Shown piece by piece: positions 19,432 through 28,116 of a stretch of 64,000 nucleotides of DNA (position 1 is its first letter; each line of letters begins with the position of its first letter). This DNA is from a bacterium (GTDB taxonomy: Bacteria > Patescibacteriota > JABMPQ01 > JAUVWW01), in contig JAUVWW010000002.1 of NCBI GenBank assembly GCA_030603885.1, positions 21,991 to 85,990 on the forward strand. The letters run 5' to 3'. The position numbers and the translations under genes are program-made. Under the pieces are notes generated by a model. It was not told where the DNA came from, did not search any database, and saw nothing but the letters and a program-made list of their open reading frames with translations.

Positions 19432-20559
19432 ATGCGCATCTGCTATGTTGCTACAACTGTTCATATCTCTCGTGGTTTAAAAGAGGCCATTGGGGCTACC
19501 ACCCATACCTATGCCGTAGCCAAAGAATTAGCCAAACTGGGGCATGAGGTTCATATTGTTTCAGAGAGATTTGAAGGAGATTTAGAATATGAAAAAATTG
19601 GTAAATTACATATCCATAGGCTTTTGCGAGGTATTGTTAGATCGTCAAGGCAAGTCAAAAAATCTAGATGGCGCAAGTTTTTAAAGATTTTAAAATTTAT
19701 CCCCAATTTTCTTTTGGGAATCAAAGTTTCTAGATTAGTTAGAAAATATAATTGTGATTTGATTTTAGAGAGAGCCCATTCTCTAGGAGTGGGAGCCGTA
19801 GCCTCTTTTTTATCTGCCAAGCCTTTGATTTTGGAGGTAATTGATTATATTTATTCCAAGTTTTCTGCATTGAGGGCTAAAAGCATTATTGCCTACACTA
19901 AAATCTTTTTTAGTCCTTGGATAAGAAAGAAAGTTTTTATTGTTGAAGCAGGATTTGATCCTGAAATATTCTATGCCAATGACTTGCCTTTAAAATACGA
20001 TGTTTGCTATGCAGGGTCTTTTAAAGAATGGGATGGATTAGAGGATCTAGTCAGGGCGGCTAGAAAGATATTAGCCAGATTTCCTGGGACAAAATTTATA
20101 CTGTTAGGCGGAGGAGTAAGAGAGAAGAAGGTTAAAGAGCTGATTCGATTTTATGGTTTGGAAAAAAGTTTTATTTTGACAGGACGCAAGCCATTAAAAA
20201 AGGTGGTGGATTATATTAATCAGTCAAAAATATGCATTGCTCCTTTTAATGTTACAAGGTCAAAAAAGGGAAGGTTTGCTAAATACGGCTATTATTTTTC
20301 ACCTTTAAAGATTTTTGAATATATGGCTTGTGGAAAGCCCATTGTAGCTACTAATTATCCCAAGATTAGATCATTAGTTTCTAAAAAATCAGGTTTGTTA
20401 TTTAAAGAAGGAAGTATTCCAGACTTGGCTTCCAAAATTTGCTGGCTTTTATCTAGACCGAAAAAAATAAAAGAGAAAGGAGAATATAATAAAAAATTAG
20501 CCCAAAAATACACTTGGGCGAGTGTGGTTAGGAAAATAAATGAGTTGATAGAGGAGTAG
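19432..20559 (+). CDS. Glycosyltransferase family 4
   Basis: LAKLGHEVHIV, SPLKIFEYMACGKPIVAT, YTW. Confidence 0.9.
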   Translation: MRICYVATTVHISRGLKEAIGATTHTYAVAKELAKLGHEVHIVSERFEGDLEYEKIGKLHIHRLLRGIVRSSRQVKKSRWRKFLKILKFIPNFLLGIKVSRLVRKYNCDLILERAHSLGVGAVASFLSAKPLILEVIDYIYSKFSALRAKSIIAYTKIFFSPWIRKKVFIVEAGFDPEIFYANDLPLKYDVCYAGSFKEWDGLEDLVRAARKILARFPGTKFILLGGGVREKKVKELIRFYGLEKSFILTGRKPLKKVVDYINQSKICIAPFNVTRSKKGRFAKYGYYFSPLKIFEYMACGKPIVATNYPKIRSLVSKKSGLLFKEGSIPDLASKICWLLSRPKKIKEKGEYNKKLAQKYTWASVVRKINELIEE

Positions 20560-20581
20560 ATTGTTTTGATTAAATTGTAGG

Positions 20582-20746
20582 TCAGGCAAAGCGCCTGATT
20601 TTTAATAAAAAAGTGCAGATTATTTCTGCACTTGTGACTTTAGTCTGGGGTTGCTGAACCGTTAAGTGATACCAAGCAAAGAATACAAGGAAACTAACCA
20701 CAGCTATTATTATAAAAATTAATGCCCATTTTTCATATTTGTCCAT
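20582..20746 (-). CDS. Small membrane protein (54 aa; not in the ORF track)
   Basis: GGAGG RBS; MDKYEKWALIFIIIAVVSFLVFFAWYH..., one TM helix. Confidence 0.5.
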   Translation of the reverse strand: MDKYEKWALIFIIIAVVSFLVFFAWYHLTVQQPQTKVTSAEIICTFLLKIRRFA

Positions 20747-20944
20747 TTTTGCCTCCCAAATCTAAATTTTGATAATGTGCAAGACTTTTTTAACCTTCAT
20801 TTTATTACATTCCTGTATATTTCTGCTGTCAATATAATTTGGGATAAAAAACCTTTAAATAAGCCAAAAAATTAAAAGAATTTCTAGAAAATTTTAGAAA
20901 ACCCTTGACAAGATTTTATAATTTGGTAATCTAAAGATAAGATT

Positions 20945-21106
20945 ATGAATAGTCTTCCAATGCAAACTTGGTACAGATATGTTTATCCTCTCTAGGAGAG
21001 GTTGGTTTGGATTAGAAGATTATTTTTAAAGTTTTGTAAAACAATAAGACCGTCCAAAATCGACCTCTCAAATGAGAGGTTTTTGATTTAAGGACGGTTT
21101 TTATTT
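20945..21106 (+). promoter_or_regulatory. Leader peptide (MNSLPMQTWYRYVYPL*, 20945-20995) and attenuator-like hairpins
   Basis: CCTCTC-TAG-GAGAGG hairpin; GAGAGGTTG can instead pair with CGACCTCTC of the terminator ACCGTCC..GGACGGTTTT; TTGACA upstream. Confidence 0.6.
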
Positions 21107-21156
21107 TAAACATGAAGAAAAAATTTAGGTATAGAGAAAAGCATTCTTTGAACAAT

Positions 21157-21225
21157 GGGCTTGTAGGCTAATGTTAAACTATCTCTTTCTAAAGAGTATT
21201 GGAGGTTCGAATCCTCCCGAGCCCT
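21157..21225 (+). tRNA. Aberrant or pseudo tRNA (anticodon ambiguous: TCT or CTA)
   Basis: Good acceptor stem GGGCTTG/CGAGCCC and T-arm GGAGG-TTCGAAT-CCTCC; weak D-stem; anticodon plus variable region about 2 nt short. Confidence 0.6.
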
Positions 21226-21255
21226 CTCATTAAAAAATCAAAAAGGAGGTGTATT

Positions 21256-21633
21256 ATGTTGAAGAAAATGGTGCTTTGCTGCGGATTATTGATCATGGTT
21301 CTCATCTCTTGTAGTGATAGTGGTAATATCAATATCAACGGGATAAGGTGTATAAAAGGGGCAAACTCATTCTATAAAAATGGAAAACTAAAATATGCCA
21401 TCTTGTCAAAAGAGGACCAAGAAATTCAGGGAGTTATATGCAAGGGAAGAACTGAGGTTACTTTTTATAAAAACGGAAGATTGAAGATGGCCTATTTGGC
21501 AAGAAATCAAGAGATTCAAGGGATTTACTGTCATGGTTACGCTTGGGTTACTTTCTACAAAAATGGAAAACTAAAAACAAAAGATCAAAGATTCCAAGGA
21601 TTTTACTTTGTTCTAGGAACCTGGTGTTTTTAA
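21256..21633 (+). CDS. Putative lipoprotein with MORN/YwqK-like repeats, possibly 3'-degenerate
   Basis: AGGAGG RBS; LISC lipobox-like; three FYKNG(K/R)LK and two QEIQG repeats; a DQEIR remnant lies out of frame after the stop. Confidence 0.6.
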   Translation: MLKKMVLCCGLLIMVLISCSDSGNININGIRCIKGANSFYKNGKLKYAILSKEDQEIQGVICKGRTEVTFYKNGRLKMAYLARNQEIQGIYCHGYAWVTFYKNGKLKTKDQRFQGFYFVLGTWCF

Positions 21634-21822
21634 GGATGGCGCTTTAGATCTGGCGGAGATCAAGAAATTCGGGTAGCCTATGTGCGTTATTGTGTATTAT
21701 TTTCGTCGTGAATGTTTTTAGAAATCCTGGTTCCGGCTGCTGAAGCAGTTGGACATAGGGGCACAGTGCCGCCAGGAGAGAAATTCAAATTCCGTCAAAA
21801 AAAGACGGGAAAAGGAGGTATT

Positions 21823-22242
21823 ATGACTTTAGAAATTGCCTTAATGATGGCAGCAAGCACGGAAGGAGGTTGTGGGCCTTGTGCTGGTAGTGGTATAGCA
21901 AAAACAGAGAAGTTTGCATCAGAGGTTGAAGGGAAAGTTCGACATCTTCCACATATTATAGGAGTTCGACGAAATTGGAGATGTTTTACTGAGTACGGTA
22001 ACATTGAAATTTTTGTCTGGATAATTAACACAGACATTACGCGCTCTATGGATAAAGAAGAGACCGAAAAAATAATTGAAATGGTAGAGAAAATTTTGGA
22101 GGATTATGCTGATAGTAAGAATTATTTTATTAAAGGAATATGGGGTAACACAACAAGAGAAGATTTATGTAACATGAGAAGGGTATTATCTAGCCGTTTG
22201 TACCGTAGGCACGGAGATCCCCTTACACATGGCATATTCTGA
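21823..22242 (+). CDS. Hypothetical protein
   Basis: AGGAGG RBS before ATG at 21823; terminator follows. Confidence 0.55.
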   Translation: MTLEIALMMAASTEGGCGPCAGSGIAKTEKFASEVEGKVRHLPHIIGVRRNWRCFTEYGNIEIFVWIINTDITRSMDKEETEKIIEMVEKILEDYADSKNYFIKGIWGNTTREDLCNMRRVLSSRLYRRHGDPLTHGIF

Positions 22243-22250
22243 TTATTGGT

Positions 22251-22287
22251 AGCCGCAGATCCAGGGATGGATCTGCGGCTCATTTTA
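22251..22287 (+). terminator. Rho-independent terminator
   Basis: AGCCGCAGATCC / GGATCTGCGGCT perfect stem. Confidence 0.75.
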
Positions 22288-22545
22288 ATTCTAAATAACA
22301 AAAAACAGAAAGGAATTTATGAAAGAATTTTAGTACTGGTTTTGAGTGTACTTCTACTTAGTTGGAACTAGTTGTCAGTATTTCAGTATCCAGTAGGAGA
22401 AAAAATTAGAGTAGTTGTTTTAGTTGTTGATTTTGGTATTGGAGATTTATAAAGTGTTGCCTATACACCTTATCTTAGACAAGTAGTATAATGGTTTAAA
22501 TAAGCCAAAATTGTTTGACTTTTTTCAAAAATTGTATAAAAACCC

Positions 22546-22592
22546 TTGACAAAGGAATCTATCTGTATTAATATGTTAATGTGCTAATACAG
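22546..22592 (+). promoter_or_regulatory. Promoter with palindromic operator for the YerC/YecD repressor
   Basis: TTGACA at 22546; inverted repeat CTGTATTA (22563-22570) / TAATACAG (22585-22592). Confidence 0.55.
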
Positions 22593-22604
22593 TAATATAA
22601 ACTT

Positions 22605-22901
22605 ATGGTACAAGATTATAGATGGACTAGTCCAAAGACTACAGAGTTATTTAAAGCTATTTTGACCCTAAAAACAGTCAAAGAATGTGAAAGATTTTTT
22701 AGAGATCTTTTAACTCTGGAAGAGATCCGTGAATTCGTTGTTCGTTGGCAGATGGCACAAATGTTAGATAAGGGTATGTCGTATAGAGAAATAGCAGAAA
22801 AGATAAAGACATCGACCACTACAGTAGCTCGGGTAGCCCACTGGCTTCATTATGGCATGGGAGGGTATAGACTAGTTTTAGACAGATTAAAAAAGAAATA
22901 A
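22605..22901 (+). CDS. YerC/YecD (TrpR-like, HisR-type) transcriptional repressor
   Basis: LFKAILTLK..ECERFFRDLLT.EE, SYREIA, STTTVARVAHWL..GMGGY. Confidence 0.9.
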   Translation: MVQDYRWTSPKTTELFKAILTLKTVKECERFFRDLLTLEEIREFVVRWQMAQMLDKGMSYREIAEKIKTSTTTVARVAHWLHYGMGGYRLVLDRLKKK

Positions 22902-22906
22902 TCAAT

Positions 22907-23036
22907 ATGAACACATTACCCAAAAACATAGTTTCTCATCACCAAGTTAACTCTTCTTAGCGAGGGGTTAGTTTGGTTTGTATTTATATAAAAATAAACT
23001 AGCTCCTCGTTATGAGGAGTTTTTGGTTTGTTCTTT
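22907..23036 (+). promoter_or_regulatory. Leader peptide (MNTLPKNIVSHHQVNSS*, 22907-22960) and attenuator-like hairpins
   Basis: ACCAAGTTAACTCTTC/GAGGGGTTAGTTTGGT stem around the TAG stop; alternative pairing with terminator CTCCTC-GTTAT-GAGGAG-TTTTT. Confidence 0.65.
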
Positions 23037-23144
23037 ATATCCAAAAATTAAACAAGGAGGTGAATATGTAAAGAGAGATAATAGGTGGAGTTGTTTAGAG
23101 GTCTAAACTTTAGAATTCCTGCTTAGCAGGAAGGGGAGGTAAAA

Positions 23145-24287
23145 ATGAGAAGAGTTACCAATAATAAGGTTGTAAAAAAGATTTGTGGAGTAACAGGAGC
23201 TGGTAGAAAGGTTGGCGGTAATTTTCAGGGTGAGCTCTCTGAGGCATTTGTAGAGTACAAGCTGAGAAACAAAAAATTAGGAGAGAGGGAAAGGATTATA
23301 AAAGATTGGGAAAATATTTTCCAACCATGGCGGAAGATTGAACAAATCATCGTGCCTCATGTATCTGAGCTTTTTGATATAGTTTCGGAAGGAACGCCGC
23401 GCATATACAAAGGGGTGAGCTATAATCCCCTAATCCCAACTTTCGGCGAGAATACGAACATTTTAGATTTCTTTGCCTGGCTTGCTGGGGCCGATTTCAA
23501 AGGTGTAGTGTTGGATGCATCTCTCTATGCCGTTGTAAATGCAGCGCAGAAGATATTGGTTAACGAGTACAGCGAGAAAGCAGCGGTCCAAGCAGTGGAG
23601 TTTCTTTTATCCAGTATAAAAGAATACCCAGAAATCATATGTTCTGCGGAAACACGCGGGAAGTACCTGCGTGCCGTGGCTATTTCGCTTTTTAGTCCGA
23701 ACAGTCAGCCACTGGTAATCGACGCAGAGACAATGTGGCAAAGTAAACGCTATTTGGATTGCTTACAAGAAGCCATTTTATTCTGTGCAGGAAATCCAAA
23801 GATTGGAGACTCTCTTGAGATAAGGCGATACGCAAATTACACCCATTATAATACATCTTTCCAACGATGGTATAGCGTACTTGTGTTGGCAGAAGTGTAC
23901 TACCTCTACAAAGTCTATGGTGTAAAAGTAAAGCTTGGACCGACGACCGAATCCAACTTTGACAATTTGATTAGGGATTTTATGAAAAAGCTTGGAATTC
24001 GCTATGGCTTTATCTGGTATGACCGTGGCATCGAAAAACAAATTCCCTATTCTGAGATTGTTTTCTTTAGCGATGATAAAGACGCGGTAAAGAAAAAGAT
24101 GGAAAATAAAAAATTGAGAGAGTGGGTAAAAGAGATGCTTAGACCTTTTTCTTGTGGTATACAGTCAACTATAGAGAAACTATTTGACACCATACGCAAA
24201 GTAAACGAAACTGCTGAAAAAAATCCGCCGAAATTAAGTGTTGAGGGAGAATGGTTTCTTACTTTTCCTCCAGGTGCTTGTGACTAA
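23145..24287 (+). CDS. Hypothetical protein, possibly a divergent class Ic (TyrRS/TrpRS-like) fold
   Basis: GGAGG RBS; 380-aa ORF; only weak motif resemblance; no HIGH or KMSKS. Confidence 0.6.
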   Translation: MRRVTNNKVVKKICGVTGAGRKVGGNFQGELSEAFVEYKLRNKKLGERERIIKDWENIFQPWRKIEQIIVPHVSELFDIVSEGTPRIYKGVSYNPLIPTFGENTNILDFFAWLAGADFKGVVLDASLYAVVNAAQKILVNEYSEKAAVQAVEFLLSSIKEYPEIICSAETRGKYLRAVAISLFSPNSQPLVIDAETMWQSKRYLDCLQEAILFCAGNPKIGDSLEIRRYANYTHYNTSFQRWYSVLVLAEVYYLYKVYGVKVKLGPTTESNFDNLIRDFMKKLGIRYGFIWYDRGIEKQIPYSEIVFFSDDKDAVKKKMENKKLREWVKEMLRPFSCGIQSTIEKLFDTIRKVNETAEKNPPKLSVEGEWFLTFPPGACD

Positions 24288-24304
24288 AGATATTACTTCT
24301 GGAT

Positions 24305-24343
24305 TCCTGCAAGTTTTAACAAGACTTGCAGGATTTTTATTTT
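24305..24343 (+). terminator. Rho-independent terminator
   Basis: TCCTGCAAGT / ACTTGCAGGA stem plus T-run. Confidence 0.75.
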
Positions 24344-24376
24344 GCCAAAATGGTTAAATTGTTATATTGTTAAATT

Positions 24377-25999
24377 ATGATGATCAAAGATCAGATCGAA
24401 AAATTAGTCAAAAAAGCTATTCAATCAGCTCAGAGGAAGAAAGAACTGCCTAAATTTGAAATTCCAGAAATTGTGATTGAATACCCAAGAGAAAAGGCTT
24501 TTGGAGATTATTCAACAAACATTGCTATGCAGTTGGTTAAGAAAGCCAAAAAAAGTCCTTTAGGTATAGCCAATTTATTAGTTACAAAGTTGGTAAGTTA
24601 TAAAGTTACTAAGGAATTATTTGATAAGGTTGAAGCAGTCAAACCAGGTTTTATTAATTTCGTTCTTAGTCCAAAGTTTTTAGTTGAGCAAACCAAAGAG
24701 ATTATTAAGCAAGAAGAAAAATTCGGTAAAAGCAAAATTGGTAAAGGCAAAAAAGTCCAAGTCGAATTTATTTCTGCCAATCCCACTGGGCCCCTAACCA
24801 TAGGTAATGGCAGAGGAGCCTTTTTTGGAGATACTTTAACTTCAGTTTTAGAAAAATCAGGCTATAAAGTAGAGCGAGAATTTTATTGGAATGATGCTAA
24901 AGCTTCGACTCAAATTAGGCAATTAGGAGAATCAGTTAAGGGTTTAGCCCAAGTTTACGGTGGTGACTACATCAAAGAATTGCCAAAAAAGATAAAGAAA
25001 AAATACAAAAAGGATGTCAAAAGTTTATCCGCTGAAGAAGCTGGTTTTTATGCTGCTAAAATTATAGAAAAGGAGGTTGAGGATTTCATCAAGAAAAAGC
25101 TCAAAATTAAATTTGATGTCTGGTTTTCCGAACAATCACTTTATGATAAAAATAAGATAGACAAAGTTATAGCCGTTCTCAAAAGAAAGAAGTTAGCCTA
25201 TTACAAAGAAGGAGCTTTATGGTTTAAGTCTACCAAATTTAAAGATGACAAAGATAGGGTTATAGTTCGATCAGATGGAACCCCTACTTATTGTCTACCA
25301 GACATGGCCTATCACAAAGATAAATTTGAACGAGGGTTTGATAAGGTAATTGATATCTGGGGAGCAGATCATGCTGGAGATGTAAAAAGAGTTCTTGGCG
25401 GTATTGAGGCTTTAGGTTACGGTAATAAATTAAAAATACTAATTCACCAGATGGTTCGGCTAATAAAGGGCGGCAAAGAAGTAAGAATGTCTAAACGGGC
25501 TGGAATTTATGTGACTTTAGAAGAGTTAGTAGATGAGGTTGGCCTGGATGTAGCTAGATTTTTCTTTTTGATGAATAGCTTAGATACCCACATGGATTTT
25601 GATTTAGATCTGGCTAAAGAAAGATCGGAAAAAAATCCAGTGTTTTATGTTCAATATGCACACGCTCGTATTTCTAGTATTTTAAGAAAAGCCAAGAGCC
25701 TCAAACCACAAGCCAAGAACTTAGAATTATTGAATCATCAGGCAGAGTTGAATTTAATCCGTCAGCTAATTAAATTCCCAGAAATTATCGAGGATACAGC
25801 TAGAGATTATGAAGTGCATAGACTTCCATATTATGCTATGCAATTGGCTACAACTTTTCATGACTTTTATGAAAAATGTAGGGTAATTTCGGATGACAAA
25901 GAGCTGAGCCAGGCTCGCTTAGCTTTAGTTAATGCCACAAAGATAGTTTTAGAGAATGTTTTGGGAGTGATGGGAATAAGTGCTCCAGAGAGAATGTAG
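24377..25999 (+). CDS. argS: Arginine--tRNA ligase
   Basis: GDYSTN, PGFINF, EFISANPTGPLTIGNGR, MSKRAG, YVQYAHARI, APERM. Confidence 0.97.
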   Translation: MMIKDQIEKLVKKAIQSAQRKKELPKFEIPEIVIEYPREKAFGDYSTNIAMQLVKKAKKSPLGIANLLVTKLVSYKVTKELFDKVEAVKPGFINFVLSPKFLVEQTKEIIKQEEKFGKSKIGKGKKVQVEFISANPTGPLTIGNGRGAFFGDTLTSVLEKSGYKVEREFYWNDAKASTQIRQLGESVKGLAQVYGGDYIKELPKKIKKKYKKDVKSLSAEEAGFYAAKIIEKEVEDFIKKKLKIKFDVWFSEQSLYDKNKIDKVIAVLKRKKLAYYKEGALWFKSTKFKDDKDRVIVRSDGTPTYCLPDMAYHKDKFERGFDKVIDIWGADHAGDVKRVLGGIEALGYGNKLKILIHQMVRLIKGGKEVRMSKRAGIYVTLEELVDEVGLDVARFFFLMNSLDTHMDFDLDLAKERSEKNPVFYVQYAHARISSILRKAKSLKPQAKNLELLNHQAELNLIRQLIKFPEIIEDTARDYEVHRLPYYAMQLATTFHDFYEKCRVISDDKELSQARLALVNATKIVLENVLGVMGISAPERM

Positions 26000-26142
26000 G
26001 CAGCATCTTGCTTTATTTAAGCCAAAATTTGGCTAGAATTTTTCTGTAAACTCTCCTAGAAGCTCACGCGAGTGAGGGCGGCCAATTATCGGCCGCTCTT
26101 TTCTTTTTGGTTGACAGATTAAAATTATGTTACAATAGAAAT

Positions 26143-26826
26143 ATGAAGAGAAAGCCAAAAATTATTGTCTGGAATGTTACCTCTAAATGTAATCTGGCCT
26201 GTGAATATTGCTTTAGACCTACTAGAATTAAAGAACCTTCTACTCAAAAAGCTCTGGATAAGATTGAGCAATTTAGAAAACAAGGGGGTACCTCTTTAGT
26301 TTTCACTGGCGGGGAGCCGCTTTTAAGACAAGATATTGTTAAATTGATTGAATTTGCTAAAGAGCAAGGACTTTATACTATTCTTCATACCAATGGACTC
26401 TTGCTTAGAGAAGATTTATTTGATAAAATGGAGAGAAACTTAGATCAGATTAATTTGCCTTTGGATGGCTATAATGAAGAAACTAATCGAATTTTTAGAG
26501 GCAAAGGGCACTTTAGACAAGTCATGCAATCTCTTTCCTGGTTGAAAAATAAAGATATTCGCGTTATAATATCTACGTGCCTAACTAGTATAAATAAGGA
26601 TTATATAACCAAGATAGCTAGAGTAATTCCTCAATTTATCTATAAATGGCGTATCTTCCAGTTTTCACCTCAAGGAAAGGCAAAAGAATTTATAGACAAA
26701 TTTTACCTTTCTGATAAAGAATTTGCTATAATAAGAGAGAAGATAGAAAAAATGGATTTACCTTTTAAAATGCAAGTGATAGGAATTAAAGATAGAAAAT
26801 TTCATGAATCATACTATGTTGTTTAA
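26143..26826 (+). CDS. Radical SAM protein (no SPASM domain)
   Basis: CNLACEYC, FTGGEPLL, HTNG. Confidence 0.88.
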   Translation: MKRKPKIIVWNVTSKCNLACEYCFRPTRIKEPSTQKALDKIEQFRKQGGTSLVFTGGEPLLRQDIVKLIEFAKEQGLYTILHTNGLLLREDLFDKMERNLDQINLPLDGYNEETNRIFRGKGHFRQVMQSLSWLKNKDIRVIISTCLTSINKDYITKIARVIPQFIYKWRIFQFSPQGKAKEFIDKFYLSDKEFAIIREKIEKMDLPFKMQVIGIKDRKFHESYYVV

Positions 26827-26840
26827 TAAGTTCTAAATCT

Positions 26841-28010
26841 ATGCGCATAGGTATTGATTGTCGAACAATTTTAGATCCAGCAAAACCAGAGGCAAGAGCT
26901 GGGGTGGCTCATTATACTTATCATTTGGTAGATAATTTGCTTAAACTAGATAACAAAAACGAATATTATTTGTTTTTTGATAAAAAGGCAAAGGATATTG
27001 ACTATTTTAGAAGAGATAATTCTACCATTAAATATTTCCCCTTTTTACAATATAAGAAATTTCTTCCCTTTGCTTACTCCCATCTCTTGGTGGCTGCTTT
27101 TTTAGGAAGACAATGGCTGGATGTTTATCACTCACCCGCTTACACTATTCCTTTAGCTTACTCAAAATCAGCCGTGGTTACTGTTCATGATTTGGCTATC
27201 TATCATCAAGCAGAGTGGTTTCCTAGAAGACAAAAATTCGCCACTAAAGTTTCTGTTCCTACTAGTGTCAAAAAGGCAAAAAAAATTATAGCCGTCTCAA
27301 AATCTACAAAGAAAGATATAACCAAGTTTTTAAAAATCCCTGCCTCTAAAGTTGAAGTAATTTATGAAGGAGTGGATAAAAGAGTAAAAAAGAATCTAAA
27401 GGTGAGAAAGAAATATAATATTAAGAAAAAGTTCATCTTATTTATTGGAACTTTGGAGCCTAGAAAAAACATCATTGGATTAGTTAAAGCCTTTAACAAG
27501 CTAAGGAAGACTAGTGTATACAAAAATTATCAGTTAGTCATTGCCGGAGCCAAAGGATGGTTATTTAAAGATATATTTAAGACAGTCAAAGATTTAAAAC
27601 TCTCAAGAAAAGTGATATTTTGTGACTACGTACCCCAGGAAGATAAGATAGGACTTTTAGACGCGGCTGATCTATTTATTCTTCCTTCGTATTATGAGGG
27701 ATTTGGTTTACCTATTCTAGAAGCCATGCGTCAAGGAACACCGGTGATCTGCTCTAACATTACCTCAATGCCTGAGGTAGCAGGTCAAGCCGCAGTCTTA
27801 ATTGATCCACATAAAATAAAGGATCTCAGTCAAGCAATACGCAAGATATTGACAGATAAAAAATTATATAACGAGCTCATTACAGTGGGATTTAAGCAGG
27901 CTGAGAAATTTTCTTGGGAGAAATGTGCTAGGGAAACTCTAGAAGTTTATGAGAGGGTAGCCAAGATGAGTCCCAAGCCTCGAAAGCGCCGAGCTAGGAA
28001 AAAGGTATAA
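26841..28010 (+). CDS. Glycosyltransferase family 4 (MtfB-like)
   Basis: TVHDL, GTLEPRKN, EGFGLPILEAM, FSWEKCA. Confidence 0.92.
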   Translation: MRIGIDCRTILDPAKPEARAGVAHYTYHLVDNLLKLDNKNEYYLFFDKKAKDIDYFRRDNSTIKYFPFLQYKKFLPFAYSHLLVAAFLGRQWLDVYHSPAYTIPLAYSKSAVVTVHDLAIYHQAEWFPRRQKFATKVSVPTSVKKAKKIIAVSKSTKKDITKFLKIPASKVEVIYEGVDKRVKKNLKVRKKYNIKKKFILFIGTLEPRKNIIGLVKAFNKLRKTSVYKNYQLVIAGAKGWLFKDIFKTVKDLKLSRKVIFCDYVPQEDKIGLLDAADLFILPSYYEGFGLPILEAMRQGTPVICSNITSMPEVAGQAAVLIDPHKIKDLSQAIRKILTDKKLYNELITVGFKQAEKFSWEKCARETLEVYERVAKMSPKPRKRRARKKV

Positions 28011-28029
28011 GATAATAAGCTACGAGTTT

Positions 28030-28076
28030 ACTCTTGTCTAAACCCCATTATATGGGAGTAGACAAGAGTGTTTTTT
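28030..28076 (+). terminator. Rho-independent terminator
   Basis: ACTCTTGTCTA / TAGACAAGAGT stem plus T-run. Confidence 0.7.
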
Positions 28077-28116
28077 ATTAGTAGAATAGAATTATGTAAT
28101 TAACTTTAATTAAACT

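Noticed and set aside
21157-21225. Genome-wide amber or opal recoding
   Set aside because: TAG and TGA terminate conserved genes at their expected ends (argS and smpB end in TAG; rsmI and ileS end in TGA).
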